A stretch of DNA of 63,819 bases, counting the filler, from Octopus bimaculoides (taxonomy: Eukaryota), in NCBI RefSeq assembly GCF_001194135.2. It is 8 parts of 6 records of this genome, joined end to end, with 100 filler letters (N's around TTAATTAATTAA, not from the genome) between each part and the next. Parts side by side here need not be neighbours in the genome. Positions count along the whole stretch, not along the records: positions 1 to 19,997 come from NC_068993.1; positions 20,098 to 39,466 come from NC_068981.1; 6 more parts are not named here. One strand, written 5' to 3'. Positions 12,169-26,090 of this stretch are shown piece after piece; position 1 is the stretch's first letter; each line of letters starts with the position of its first letter. The translations under genes were made by a program, and so were the position numbers. The notes beneath the pieces are model-generated. The model made no database searches. It was given only the letters and a program-made list of their open reading frames with translations, and had not been told where the DNA came from.

Positions 12169-12938
12169 TATCTGTTTTATTCCGTGGACGGACTTCTTTA
12201 TATAATGTACTAGTTGAAATTCTTATGAAATTGACCAAATTCACATAGCAGGCAATAAATTACGAGATTTCAATATATTGTTTGTAGAATGTCCTTGCGG
12301 TGATGTCTAGATGGTTTATAAGATTAAAACAAATACTTAACACCTTTTAAAACCTATGTACTTACTGTGTACACATAATAACAAATATTCTACGCAGTCC
12401 AATTTCTATTGATATAAGTGGCTGTCCGCTGACACACCGCACATGGCGTTTTTCAAATCAATTCCCGAAGTTTATCCAGATTCAGAACCGTCATACTGTC
12501 TTTCATTCACATACTTTCAATTAATTATATAACAACTAAATTAAGACCAATAACAAATAAAACCAATTAGGTCAGTCACAGAGTAGTCGATAATGATAAT
12601 TCGTTGAAATTGTAAGAATAATTTGAATACAATTGACTTTCATGAAATCGGTTGTTTGTAAACAGGAAGTGACGACTATTCTCATTTTAGCTCATCATGG
12701 AAATATTAAGCTTCCAGCATTGCTTTGTATCAAATTACGTGTCATTTTTATGGCACAATTTGCCAGATTTTTTTTTTTTAATCGGGTCAAGTATTATGCA
12801 CTTAATCGAAATTAACTTCTTTTGCATATACCAGTAAGCGATCAATTTTATTCAGGATTGATGTTTAATATTTCGATTCTTGAAATTTTATGCAATTATC
12901 CGGGCTGCAAAAAGGAAGAATTGACGGTATGCGCGCAC

Positions 12939-12989
<51 letters not shown>

Positions 12990-13159
12990 GTGTGTGTACG
13001 TGTGAGAGTGTGTGCGTGCGTGCATGCGTGCGTATGTGTGTGTGTGCGCGCGTACTATGTAATTATTGGATGTTGTTTCAATATATGAAATATTTATGTA
13101 TTTATTTATATATTTATGTATTTCATTATTTGATGTAGTAGTCCCAATCACATGTTCAC

Positions 13160-13370
13160 TGCTACCAACGAAGGCAGTATGTATTATGGGCCCAAAAAGG
13201 TCTCCTTTTCCACGTGCATAGGGCGGTTAATTTGGCAGAACTCAAGTCCTCCATCATACAGAAAAATCTGGAACACTGTAAATATATCCCTATCATTTTA
13301 CAAGACCGAATCAGGTGAAGTGAAGACGGAGATATTTTTACCATCTTTGTTTGCTGCAATGCAGAATAAT
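13160..13370 (+). mobile_element. Possible Tc1/mariner transposase C-terminal remnant
   Basis: Frame 'LWAQKGLLFHVHRAVNLAELKSSI...SEDGDIF' resembles LWG.LK..V....NL.ELK..I...DGGHFEH. Confidence 0.35.
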
Positions 13371-13957
13371 GGAATATAAATATCGACAAATGGTCAGTGG
13401 AATCTACTTCTGGAAGATCGAATAATTAATTTCTGTGAAGCAATAATCGAACTCTGCGAAATAATAATCGATTCATTATTCTACAGCTTACATATTCCAA
13501 ATCCTAGATAAGAATTTGATTATTGATTATAATCAATAAAGAGTTAGCTTGAGTAACCTATGAACGCAGTTTGGTCAAAAGACGAGTGTTTTCTATTCAT
13601 CCAATGAGTTATTATCTAATCCGAATTAAATATTCAAAGAAAGAGAGATGGAGGGAGAGGAACATTAACGAGTTGAAAGTATTTTAGAAATTAACTTTGA
13701 AAGCCTTTAAACAACATTAAACCTGGTTCGGACTGGTTGGACCGTTAATCAAATTGTCTGCAAGTTTGTACTTGATTACCAAACTACTTCTCCTCTAATT
13801 ATAAACAAATCAATAATATTATGCAACACACTTCACTTCTCCCTTCCCTCTCCCCCGTCTCTCTTTCATTTGTCTTTTCCTTTACTCTTTCACCCAATTT
13901 ATTTTCTGCTCTTAAATTTCTTTCCTAGATCCTTTCCTCACGCTCATTATAAGTGCT

Positions 13958-14270
13958 TCATGTAACACCTTCAATTGTAGAGCAACACAGTTCATTCCTT
14001 CGTTTAGATCTAGAAATAATTGTTATGTAACATCACTTGTGAAACGTATTTCGTTTCTGAAAGACAGTAGAAAGCAACCCCGCGATAAAATGGAGTATAG
14101 TTGCAAATAGAGAGGCATACAATGGTTATAGTAGCCTCTGTCATTGCGAACGATTGAAAACTTTAAGATTATGTTTCTACAAGGCCGAATGGTGAAGAAG
14201 AGAGATGAAATGTTCTCCACATGCCCCAACGGAAAAAAACTTTTCAAGCATATCCCTGCTCCAATGGACT
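13958..14270 (+). mobile_element. Penelope-like GIY-YIG endonuclease C-terminal fragment (frameshifted)
   Basis: Peptides 'NTFNCRATQFIPSFRSRNNCYVTSLVKRISFLKDS', 'IKWSIVANREAYNGYSSLC', 'VKKRDEMFSTCP' match PLE motifs T.LSKYIW.LKD / IKWSI / LNKRSE..SKCRH. Confidence 0.7.
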
Positions 14271-14807
14271 TCGAACTTTTAATCGGGGATATGGTGCAGT
14301 AGGAGTTGTAAACAGTTTGTCGAACATTAAAATATAGTTGTGTAACGCAGCTGTGAAACTCACAACCTACAGCCGACTCACGAGGTAACATATGATTCGA
14401 CTTGTAAAATAAAGTCGAAATATATACTTTTACTAACAAGTGCATCTATTTCTTTTTCGTGTACTAAAGAGACATATAAACACATTAATTGTATGCAAAT
14501 ATATACAAACATATACCAACATATATGCATGCGTTTTACTCTTCCGGGATCGATTACAATAAACTACGTATCAAGAATTCGATCGACTGAATTAACTCTA
14601 TAACTGGTCACGTGGTCATTTTATGTTCTCTGTCCTCTGCCAGTTGATGTCTACTTTTCTTTCATCCTTCTTTGGTCGATAAAGAAAGTACCACTCAGAT
14701 ACAGTGGCCACTGTAATAGATTGACATTCGTGTCTCAGACTTCTTCAAACAAGAAACTTCGGCTAAAACTCACCGACGAAACTTCATTGTGCCCCATGTG
14801 TTTTCAG

Positions 14808-14919
14808 CATAGACGAGGGTATATACCTCAACGGCCACAATATTCATGTGAGGAACGGCGACCCTGGGTATTTGTTAACTTTGAAGGACAGAATGGTAGA
14901 ACAATGACATTCAAAACCT
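14808..14919 (+). CDS. Candidate internal exon of an unidentified gene
   Basis: tgttttcag| ... |GTAAGT; 112 nt, open in phase 0 (HRRGYIPQRPQYSCEERRPWVFVNFEGQNGRTMTFKT), ends in phase 1; no homology recognised. Confidence 0.3.
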
Positions 14920-15271
14920 GTAAGTAACAGGATATGTGGCATAGCCGTTATTCTACCAGATGCAAGTTGATAGAAGAAGGTGTAGTACGAGTAATAAACA
15001 ATGTGCTGCACATTAAAATACCGCAACGTTAAGCAGGTTGTGAAAGCATGTCGACAGTGTGGTGGTAGTTTAATGGCGGTAGTTGTGTGCGATATCTCAG
15101 ACACAATACTTCATCATTTGTTTTGTGTATGTAAACATCGTCATGCTGTGAGGATTAGATTAAACAACTGAACTATATTTACGTAGACGAAGCATATAAT
15201 ATCGCATACATCACACGCTGTGTGGTGCGCTGTGCAGTTAACCTCCGTCATTTCTTTCAAAGCGAAACCAT

Positions 15272-15317
<46 letters not shown>

Positions 15318-15391
15318 AGATTGAAAAAGAAACTCGTGACTCACATACTGAGTCTAATATTTTGGAAAAATATCGAAATCACAATAGTTAA

Positions 15392-15406
15392 CTGATTGGT
15401 CACGTG
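15392..15406. promoter_or_regulatory. Adjacent CCAAT box (ATTGG) and E-box (GTCACGTG)
   Basis: ctgATTGGTCACGTG; a second GTCACGTG lies near 14605. Confidence 0.25.
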
Positions 15407-15618
15407 TTCTGCTGAACATAGATTTTAGCCCAAAGCAGTTTTCATGATTAAACTATACATACATACATACATACATACATACATACATACATACAAATAT
15501 GTGTGTGTGTGTTCGGTATATGCAATTGAGGCAGTATTGCATTAAAATTGCTATCTATGTATCATACTCAAAGTATATAGACCGTCGACAGGATACTTAA
15601 TATTGTATTTCTCTTCAG

Positions 15619-15639
15619 ATTACATATCCTACGGACGTG
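15619..15639 (+). CDS. Candidate 21-nt micro-exon
   Basis: tattgtatttctcttcag|ATTACATATCCTACGGACGTG|gtgagt; symmetric phase 1, compatible with the exon at 14808-14919 (adds YYISYGR). Confidence 0.4.
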
Positions 15640-17079
15640 GTGAGTTAAAAACACATAAATATAGGAGGGAGACGAAAATTTGTCCCAGGTGTATATACAT
15701 TAAATAAGATACTTAGACCGATATATATATATATATGTATGTATGTATGTGCATATATACCCGCACACAGTTGATTATGCTTAATGTAATACATAGTGTA
15801 ATGCATATTTAATTAACATGTTCACGAGGACGAGGTGTTGTTACATGATATTCATACATTCTCAGAAACATGTCAGAAACGTATCATAGTACCCACAATA
15901 TGACTAATGGAAAATTCTTCTGAGGAAAGTTCTGCTTACTAAATTTGTGTTCAGGACGTAAAAACAGACGAAATACTGCTAGGCATTTTGTCCAACGTGC
16001 TAACGAGTCTGCAGGTTTTTATCTGTATATAATAACGGTAATTCTTCATTGCAGAAATTCAGACAAAATTTGTTGCCCCTTATTTTTTTATTTTTTCAAT
16101 TTTTTATTTTGTTTCAAATTCCTAATGGAGATTTCCTCTGCAAGAACGCGTATAGAATTATTGCTACGAGAACTACGTATTCTCTTAACGATCTCCCTCC
16201 CGTTTTACGATCAGACATTCAGAACGAAATGATTCGTTAAGGAGAAGTATTCTTGCAATCTTAACGATTTGTAAAATATTTCATATTAAATGCAAATGTT
16301 ACACACACACAGACACATCTCTCTGAATGTTTGCCTGTCTGTCTGTATGCCTGTATATATCAAGTTATGTGTATATGTTTCCATACTTGTAAAATCTGGT
16401 TTTGAACCGAAAGTTCTGAAGTCTTTTTGGGAGTGGCTCTGCCAGCACAGGATTTCGCATGTGCGTGTATGCGTGTGTATATGTGTGTGTGTATGTGTGT
16501 GAGTGTACATAGGTATGTACTACATTACTACANNNNNNNNNNNNNNNNNNNNNNNNNNNNNNNNNNNNNNNNNNNNNNNNNNNNNNNNNNNNNNNNNNNN
16601 NNNNNNNNNNNNNNNNNNNNNNNNNNNNNNNNNNNNNNNNNNNNNNNNNNNNNNNNNNNNNNNNNNNNNNNNNNNNNNNNNNNNNNNNNNNNNNNNNNNN
16701 NNNNNNNNNNNNNNNNNNNNNNNNNNNNNNNNNNNNNNNNNNNNNNNNNNNNNNNNNNNNNNNNATATACATATATATATATATATATATACATATTTAT
16801 TTATATATACTGACACACAAATATTCACTTATATACACATTTGTACATAAATACGTATTTACCCGTGCTGTGACATGTACACACACACATGTACACACAT
16901 GTACACACATGTACACACACACATTTGCACACATATGTGCAGAGGCTGCGTAAGCATCAACGTACATGCCTTTACGCATACACACATACACACACACACA
17001 CATACACCATATTCTTTTTCTCAATTTCTATTCACTTACTCCCGCCTTCTCTGTTTCTCTCACACTTTTGGATGTCATG

Positions 17080-17790
17080 CACACCCTTTCATTTTGCTAT
17101 ACACATTCACATATTCACATAAGCAGCTGTCACACACATATAGACACACGCACACGTACACACACACACACACACATAGATATACAAGTATACACACAGA
17201 CCTCACACACTTTTGTTTCCTTTCTCATCCTACCTCTCTCTCTCTCTCTCTCTCTCTTACATCCCTCTACTTACCCACACATTCATCGTACACATTCTTT
17301 CTATCAAACAAACGCACATATGCACTAGGCCACAGACACATATACGCAAACGAACACACATGCACAGAACACCAAATCTACACACTGCATCACATCAGCG
17401 CACACGCTTACGCACACACACACACGTGCGCGCCCGCGCGTTAACACCACACACCATGTTACTTCCCTTTCTGACCGACATTCCGCCTTCTCCTCCCTAC
17501 TATTATCTTTTACACACACACACAAACACACACATACATACACACACACACATACATACACACATACACACATACATACACACACATACATACATACACA
17601 CACACATACACACACACAACACACACGTACACACAAATATGTCGCTTCAGTTGTCTAATTCCCTCCTTTCTCGACAGCACACTGAGACACACGTGTGTTT
17701 ATATATATAATATATAATATATATATATATATATATACACGCGCGCGCGCGCATTACATATATGAATGTATAGATATACATACAGACATG

Positions 17791-17832
<42 letters not shown>
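17080..17832. repeat. CA/TACA/TA-rich low-complexity block
   Basis: Direct reading. Confidence 0.9.
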
Positions 17833-18539
17833 NNNNNNNNNNNNNNNNNNNNNNNNNNNNNNNNNNNNNNNNNNNNNNNNNNNNNNNNNNNNNNNNNNNN
17901 NNNNNNNNNNNNNNNNNNNNNNNNNNNNNNNNNNNNNNNNNNNNNNNNNNNNNNNNNNNNNNNNNNNNNNNNNNNNNNNNNNNNNNNNNNNNNNNNNNNN
18001 NNNNNNNNNNNNNNNNNNNNNNNNNNNNNNNNNNNNNNNNNNNNNNNNNNNNNNNNNNNNNNNNNNNNNNNNNNNNNNNNNNNNNNNNNNNNNNNNNNNN
18101 NNNNNNNNNNNNNNNNNNNNNNNNNNNNNNNNNNNNNNNNNNNNNNNNNNNNNNNNNNNNNNNNNNNNNNNNNNNNNNNNNNNNNNNNNNNNNNNNNNNN
18201 NNNNNNNNNNNNNNNNNNNNNNNNNNNNNNNNNNNNNNNNNNNNNNNNNNNNNNNNNNNNNNNNNNNNNNNNNNNNNNNNNNNNNNNNNNNNNNNNNNNN
18301 NNNNNNNNATTTCATGTTGAGAACAATTTAGGTCTTAATAGACACAAGGTGTGATCTATTTCTAGCGCATTAATTGTCCACGTTAGTGGTCGACGTTATG
18401 TTTTAAAATGTACCTTAATCCCCTGAGATTGCAGATAATATTTCTGAATCTCTTTGATTCTTTAGATGTGCTGGCCTCCTGATAATTATTCGATATTAAT
18501 TAATATATGACTAATTACCAGATTTTATAATAATATATG

Positions 18540-18573
<34 letters not shown>

Positions 18574-18789
18574 ATATATACGTTACATATATTTATGTAC
18601 ATATATAGTTGAAAGCTGTTACGATCCACACTTAGGAAATGATCCTTAAACGCATGGTCTCTCTCACAATTACACCCTGCTACATACACACACACTTATC
18701 GTATTTTCTTCAAACCAATTAAAAAGCTTTTTTTTTTTTGTCTTTTGGATCCCCCATGCCAGATAAAATACTAACACAAGAAATGAAAA

Positions 18790-19265
18790 GAATATGTTGC
18801 GAGATATTTTGTACATAATGTTCGGATAGAATAGGGAACCTCTGGCGGGATTGTCTCAACTCTATCAAAGGATTAAAAAAAAAAAACGTTCTAAATGTTA
18901 GGACATTGTATTTTGAACGCTGCAATTCATCCAATGGTTTCGAAACATTGTCGATGATGATCCCGAAAAATCATTGAGAGCCATGAACATTGAACTTCAG
19001 GTGTCGGAGTGGTCTTCGATATAAGTCGTATGTACTGCGGAAGGGCGATTCATATTTGCAAAGATGCAGGAAGGCCATCGAATCCGTGCCAAGTGCTAAC
19101 TTAATAAAGTTTTTTAAAAAACTCTTGCGAATATAGTGGTTCTTCTCTGATGAAAAAAACCCCCAAAAAACCCCTCCTACCGACAGTTTAACAGAAGAAA
19201 TGACAGAAGGTCATATACAAGATCCTTCTGATGTTCTCGGAGTAATGCACACTAAATTTCGCGAT
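18790..19265 (+). mobile_element. Degenerate maT/DD37D-type Tc1-mariner transposase fragment
   Basis: Peptides 'IVDDDPEKSLRAMNIELQVSEW', 'WFFSDEKN', 'NRRNDR', 'DPSDVLGVMHTKF'. Confidence 0.7.
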
Positions 19266-19385
19266 TGGCGACGGAACGAAATTGATTGATTAATGATTGA
19301 TTAATGAAAAGATTAAACAGATTATCGGTTAGTAAATTGGTTAATTAGATGACAAATTACTTGAATAATAATAAGAAGTTAAATA

Positions 19386-19675
19386 AAACCTGTTTCAGTT
19401 GTTTGCTTGCGGCCATGCTAGAGCACCTTCTTGAATGATTTTTAGTCAAACAAATCGATCCGAGGATATTTTTTTAAGTCTGGTAATTATTCTATCGGTC
19501 CATTTTGCCGAACTCCTTAGTTATGGAAACGTAAACACACCAATGCCGATTGTGAAGCGGTGGTGGGAATAAACACCGACACACACGCACACACACAAGA
19601 CACCTTGTCGCCGGGAATTGAACTCACAACCATACGACTGTGAGCCGAATGCCCCAGTTATTAAGCCACGCGTTT
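19386..19675 (-). mobile_element. SINE family-A 3' body plus a different tRNA-like head
   Basis: Reverse complement of the family-A 3' part at 19386-19590; head 'cgcgtggcttaataactgg...gtgagttcaattcccggcg' with A/B-box-like motifs at 19600-19675. Confidence 0.7.
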
Positions 19676-19730
19676 TCACCCCACTACAGCTACGTCTGAG
19701 TTGTTACTGTGACATTATTTTTATTCCAAC

Positions 19731-19997
19731 AAGGCGGCGCGCTGGCAGAAACGTTAGCACGCCGGGCGAAATGTTCAGCGGTATTTCGTCTGCCGCTACG
19801 TTCTGAGTTCAAATTCCGCCGAGGTCGACTTTGCCTTTTAACCTTTCGGCGTCGATAAATTATGTACCAATTGCGGACTGAGGTCGATCTAATCGAACGG
19901 CTCCCTCTCTCAAAATTTCGGGCCTTATGCCAAGAGTAGAAAAGAATGTCTTTATTCCAATAAGGTCGCGAGCCGGCAGAACCATTAGCATGCCGGG
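19731..19997 (+). mobile_element. tRNA-derived SINE family B (full copy plus start of a second)
   Basis: aaggcggc..ctggcagaaacgttagc...gagttcaaattccgccgaggtcgactttgcctt...gtcgataaa...gtacc; B box GAGTTCAAAT; central part resembles the Meta-type SINE core as I recall it. Confidence 0.85.
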
Positions 19998-20041
19998 NNN
20001 NNNNNNNNNNNNNNNNNNNNNNNNNNNNNNNNNNNNNNNNN

Positions 20042-20053
20042 TTAATTAATTAA
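20042..20053. other. Artificial scaffold linker TTAATTAATTAA between N runs (also 39511, 44318, 48325, 55109, 60573, 62735)
   Basis: Identical 12-mer with stops in all six frames, always flanked by N runs of similar length. Confidence 0.95.
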
Positions 20054-22864
20054 NNNNNNNNNNNNNNNNNNNNNNNNNNNNNNNNNNNNNNNNNNNNCTA
20101 TGACAGAGGAAAAGAGGAGAAAGTGAGGTATATAAGCTCTTCCTCCCTTACTCTCTTTAGCTATATACATATGTGTGTGTATGCACATATATGTGTGTAT
20201 ATATATGTACCAATATATATATATATATATACATATTTATATATATTTGTATACATATAAATGTGTGTTTGTGCACATGAATATACATATGTGTGTGTGT
20301 GTGTGTGTGTGTATGTGTGTGTATGCATGATGTGTTTGTGCGTGTGTGCGTGTGTGTGTGTGTGTGTGTGTGGCTATATAGATAGATAGATAAACAGACA
20401 GACAGACAAACATACGGAGGGATGGACAGAGAGAGAGACGAACAGATAAAAAGACAGTCAGACAGACAGACAGATATATATGTACATGCATATACAAGTG
20501 CATACGTGCACGTGTACATACATGCACATATATTTGTACATTTTTGGGAGGATTATATGCAGTACAAATGCAAATAAGTAGCAAAAGAATCCACATGCAT
20601 TTATATAGGCACAGCAAAGAAAGACAATTATTTCACATGGAATATATGTATGCTTATGCGTATGTTTTGTGTGTAAGCATGCATGCATGGATGTGTAATT
20701 TGTTTCAATTAATTCTTTTGTAATATTTTATTCTTATTTTTGTTTCCCTGCAGTATCAATCACTTTAAATATATTTCTTTATGATTTTCTTTCTTATAAA
20801 ATGATCCTATACAAAAATGACATTCGCTCAAAGGTGTGTTTATTTATCCATTTTGTAAAAATTGGATTCCATTTTATCTCTTGTCATATTATTCCTAAAC
20901 TCAGCCTGCTGCTTGCAGGCAAAAAATGTTGGAGGAAAAGAATATTGATAAAAGAGAACAACATATAAAACCAGCTGCAATGCCAAGTAAATTATTCTAA
21001 CAAGAAAAATGGTTCCAGCAATCTGAAGAACAATTCACAATTATGCACACTTCATTCAATTTCTCCACCCATTTTATAGATACAACCTTTGGTTGGAAGC
21101 ATCTGTTTGCTACATAAGACCAGATACAACACATCCTTTATCAGAAGGGGAAAAAAAACATATCAACATTCAGACACAGTTATTCATGTGCACAAATCTA
21201 CACACACATGTATGTGTGTGTATATTTGTGTACATACACAGCATACATGTGTGTGTGCATGATACATGTATGTGTGGACATGCACGTCTATTTCATATAT
21301 GCATACATAGGAGTTTTCTTTCTTCATATATTTTTTTCGTTTTATATGTATGTGTGATGTTTGATTTGCAACAGCTTATGTTTCTATGTAGAGATATTTC
21401 TCTTTGTGTATGTGTATGTGTGAGTGAGTGTATATGTATAAGTAGGTGTGCTTGCATGTTTGTGTACATTTTATACATGTATGTATGTATGTATTTGTGC
21501 GCACCTTTGTAGAAGCTTATTCTCTCTAAGCAAATTAAAGGTTAATTCTTATACACACTCACTGAAGCATTAAAATAAAAGACTTGCTTCCCTCACATTC
21601 ACGTATACTTGCAGTGTTATTCAAATTTTGAAACTGTTTCACTACTGTAATATACCCCAGCATTTCTGTTACAAATCTTTTCATCTTGGCATATGCCATT
21701 TAATATTAGGTTAGGGAAAATGTGATGTTCATGCTGAGCTGAAAGACATTAGTAACATGAACAAAGTAAAACGGCTTTCAGCGAGGAAATTAAACCATGT
21801 AGCAGACTCTTAACTTTTGCCTTGAAGTGTTTGCCATAACAATTTTAAATGTAGCATTCATAGCCAACCTTGGCTATTCATTTCTATTAATGGTCAGCTT
21901 TCAAAGTTCAATGTATAACTAAACAGTTTCATTTGAAAACAGAATCTAATAATTCAATGATAAAGAGAAATGATGGTGCACAAATGATTTCCTCTCAATA
22001 AATGACTGGCTCTTAACCTATATGAGATTATTCTATGAAACTCATATTTTTTTCTATTATTATAAAATAGCATACATTTTCCCCCTCCTGTATTAATAGC
22101 ATACAAAAATGTTTCACTTCACTTTTACTATACGATCACACAAAATGAAATGAAAATTCTTAACTGCAGCATTGATTTAATATATATCTCCTATTTATTT
22201 CAGAAAATTAAAAGAAATATACTATTTTTATAAATCAATCAAAATATTTCATAGACTTGTTTGTATATTATGATTGCTACATTGTATTATTAAGAAAATA
22301 TTGTATTGTTTGATATCTATATCAACACCTTTAATGTTGTAAAATATTAGAATCTGACAAAGATAATAATAAAGTTATCATTTTTATATTTGTAACTGTC
22401 CAAAATAATTATTTCTAACTTCATAAACAAGGCTGAAATCATTTTATTTTGTAACTTTCTATTTTCTTTAATAATAGTTATTACGCCATTTCATGTACAT
22501 TCTGAATTTTAAATTCGTGATGCATTTTCTATTATCATTTTAATTTTTTTTATTTATTTGTTTTAATGTTTGGACTACAGCCACCCTGGGATACAGCACT
22601 GAAGGGTTTTAGGCAACTGCACATGTTTCAGTATTGAATGTGGCACATATTTTATCAACCTCTAAATCTTAGCAACCTCTAAATCTAAAGACTTAGCAAC
22701 GCACTATTTTATGGCATCCTGATTTACAAGGATGTATGGCTGCACACACACATGCACATACACATACAATATTTCACACACATACATGCACACACACCCC
22801 AAACACACCCAACACATACACTCACACACACATACACACTTGATCTTATCTTCCTCCCTCAAAT

Positions 22865-23225
22865 TCTGAGGGGACTCCAGTCTGTTTTGGCATAGTTTCT
22901 ATGGATGGATGCCCTTTCTAATGCCAATCACTCAGAGTGTAATGGGTGCTTTTACATGCCACCAGCACAGATGCCATTTATTTTACACCAGTATCTGCCA
23001 CGACTGTAATTTTGCTCAGCTTGATGGATCTTCTCAAGCATGACATAATTCCAAAGGGCTTTGTCATTGCCTCCATGAGGCCCAATGCTTGAAAGGAACT
23101 CAGCCACATTACTTCCATAAGGCCCAACGTTCAAAAGATGTTCTTTATGTGCCACCAGCACAGGTGCACTTGGCTTGACGGGTCTTCTCAAGCAAAACAC
23201 ATCGCCAAAGGTCTCAGTCAACGGT
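22865..23225 (-). mobile_element. Retroposon remnant with RTE-type 3' tail
   Basis: Minus strand 'agtgattggcattagaaagggcatccatcc..agaaac', same tail type as 32860-32990; CpG-decayed. Confidence 0.55.
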
Positions 23226-23234
23226 CATATATAC

Positions 23235-23281
<47 letters not shown>

Positions 23282-24499
23282 CATATGTGCATACACACAC
23301 ACACTCATTCACATGCATGCATGCACATAAACAGGCTTTCCAACTATTTCTCTCAAGCAAATTTCACTCACGAGGCATTGGTCAACCCAAGGCTGTGGTA
23401 ACAGATGCTCACCAAGATTGTCACTCATTGGGATCGAACTTGAAACTACATCATTTTGAAATGGAATTATTTTCAAAAAATCTTTTTTCTTTAAGAGTTC
23501 CAATGATACTCTAGAGATTTGCATTTTAAGACAAGCAATCTATTTCAATCTAACTTAAAATAATAACAACAGCAATTACCACTGCTGCTGTTACAACTTC
23601 TACTACTTCTTGTATCATACAGAGTCATATCAACAATTATGGTGCGCCATGCAGGTAATTAGAAAAAGTCAGTCTCCAATTTTTTGGTTAGCCACCTTTT
23701 GAAAGATTATGATTGGTTTGTTTTGTCATTTGAATCCTCAAATGAATTTTTTAAAGAAAAACAACAAAAATGCACAAAAATGGAAAAGAATAAAAATACC
23801 AAAATAATAATAATAAATAAATTCAAGAATTAAAGCTGTCATATTTTTGTTGATTTATGATGTTAACATTTGTTAAGTCTAGAGGTGAGTAGGAAAATTC
23901 ACGCCTTACTCATAAGAGAATAGAATAACTCTTGGTTTCATAAGATTTTCTAAGCTATTCAAAAAATCATTAGTAGTTATGACCTATTGTATTTTAAGCT
24001 GTTTAATGACTTTTAAAACATAATTCATCACTGTTTAGTGCAGAAAATAACCTTTTTTCTCTTTCGTTATTTCAATTAGTTTGCTTGTTTTGAATAAATT
24101 ATAAATTTTCCTAACTTAATTCATTTGATCGATTAACAAAAATAATGCCATCATAAATCTCTTACTCATTAAGAAGACCACCACTACCAATAACATCACT
24201 ATCACCATGACTATTTAATAAGACTAATGAGATTATCAATGCTGCTGCTAATTTTGTATATTCTGTATTATTTTGCATGTGTACTTTATATGACTTTTTG
24301 TCTGGCTGCTGTTGTCATTGTTTAGCCCAAGGTTAGCCATAACCAAGCAGAGTCATGATCAAAAGCATTCTGGTCATGACTACTGACATTTTTGTTAAAA
24401 TAGAATATGTTTAAAGCTTCTAATACCCATAAGCATTTATTTAATGTTAAGCATAGTAGTTTAAGTTAATAGATGTGAGTTCTATCACTGGGGCAGTAA

Positions 24500-24840
24500 T
24501 CTATATATATATATATATATATAATTGAGAATGTATGACTGTGTGTCTGTGTGAATCCCTAAAACTCCAGAACTACACAACCAATTTCATTCAAATTTTA
24601 CACATGCCTTACTTAGGGTCCCGGTTGTGTTTTAGTCAAAAAAAGTTTTAACTGCTTGCATATTTCCAGCCCACAGCAACATCATATCTCCTACACTATT
24701 TAAGTATTACGTGTCAAAAGTGAAACAAAAACACTCATGTCATTCGAACCAGAATCTCAAAAACATTGTCACCTTACATCTCATTCTCATTTAAGTACCA
24801 CGACAGGCAAATAAAAATTACTTGTACAATATATACATTG
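24500..24840 (+). mobile_element. Helitron-like 5' fragment
   Basis: A|TC start followed by (TA)n and 'gtgtgtctgtgtg...aactacacaaccaatttcattcaaatttt', typical of small non-autonomous Helitron 5' ends; no 3' hairpin/CTAG seen. Confidence 0.4.
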
Positions 24841-25684
24841 GTTCAGGCAGAAAGAACAAGTAACATTACAAGAAGAAGAATAACTAATAAAAGACTATCT
24901 CTGGTATGGATAATGCTGTACAAACAATCTCGTGCTATGGATTTACTAGATGTTTTGATTGGAAATGCTGAATATTACTCTAATATGACAAGCAACAGCA
25001 GAAGGCTGGAAGATACAAAACTGGAATTTGTTACAGCCAGCATCCCTCATGTTACGCCAATTTCAGATCATTCTTCAAGAAATTGTAAAGAATGGTCACT
25101 AATTTTGGGATGCATTCAGTAATTTTGATCTTATGGAAACTTGGATTAATTTTTGATAATTTAAAAACCACATTTTCTTCTTGACCAAAAGGCAGTTCCA
25201 CAGCATTTCAGGTAACTGACAATTTAAAAAATTATCACAATAAACATAAATGCATGAGGCTCACACACACATGCACACATACATACCTATATATATAGGT
25301 ATGTGTGTATGTATATATATATATATATATATNNNNNNNNNNNNNNNNNNNNNNNNNNNNNNNNNNNNNNNNNNNNNNNNNNNNNNNNNNNNNNNNNNNN
25401 NNNNNNNNNNNNNNNNNNNNNNNNNNNNNNNNNNNNNNNNNNNNNNNNNNNNNNNNNNNNNNNNNNNNNNNNNNNNNNNNNNNNNNNNNNNNNNNNNNNN
25501 NNNNNNNNNNNNNNNNNNNNNNNNNNNNNNNNNNNNNNNNNNNNNNNNNNNNNNNNNNNNNNNNNNNNNGGGCTGAAACATGTAAATGAATAAAACAGTA
25601 AAATATATTTGTGTGTGTGAATGTGTGTGTGTGTGTGTGTGTATGTGTGTGTGTGTGTTTGTATGTAGATAGATAGAGAGAGAG

Positions 25685-26090
25685 TGGAGGTGCAATGGCC
25701 CAGTGGTTAGGACAGTGGACTCGTGGTCATAGGATCGCAGTTTTGATTCCCAGACCGAGCGTTGTGAGTGTCTATTGAGCAAACACACCTAAAGCTCCAC
25801 GAGGCTCCGGCAGGGGATGGTAGTGAACCCTGCTGTACTCTTTCACCACAACTTTCTCTCACTCTTACTTCCTGTGTCTGTTGTACCTGTAATTCAAATG
25901 GTCAGCCTTATCACACTGTGTCACACTGAATCTCCCCGAGAACTACATTAAGGGTACACATGTCTGTGGAGTGCTCAGCCACTTGCATGCTAATTTCACG
26001 AGCAGGCTGTTNNNNNNNNNNGGCTGTTCTGTTGTTTGGATCAACTGGAACCCTCGATGTCGTAAGCTATGGAGTGCCAAAAACAACAAC
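25685..26090 (+). mobile_element. tRNA-derived SINE family D
   Basis: Head 'ggtgcaatggcccagtggttagg...gttttgattcccagacc' (A box and degenerate B box), unique body, (AAC)n tail. Confidence 0.75.

Noticed and set aside
14391-14430. Hammerhead-like GACTT/AAGTC stem followed by GAAA-TATATA downstream of the PLE endonuclease fragment
   Set aside because: No recognisable CUGANGA core (TATGATTC) and poor stem I; at best an unrecoverable remnant.
16131-16240. Possible terminal exon (DFLCKNAYRIIATRTTYSLNDLPPVLRSDIQNEMIR*) in phase with the 15619 micro-exon
   Set aside because: Requires an atypical GAG acceptor, and the faint SOCS/VHL-box-like resemblance is not specific enough to call.
20842-21022. 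Minus-strand 60-codon hydrophobic frame after a CAG acceptor
   Set aside because: T-rich DNA readily yields hydrophobic frames; no start, donor or family motif.
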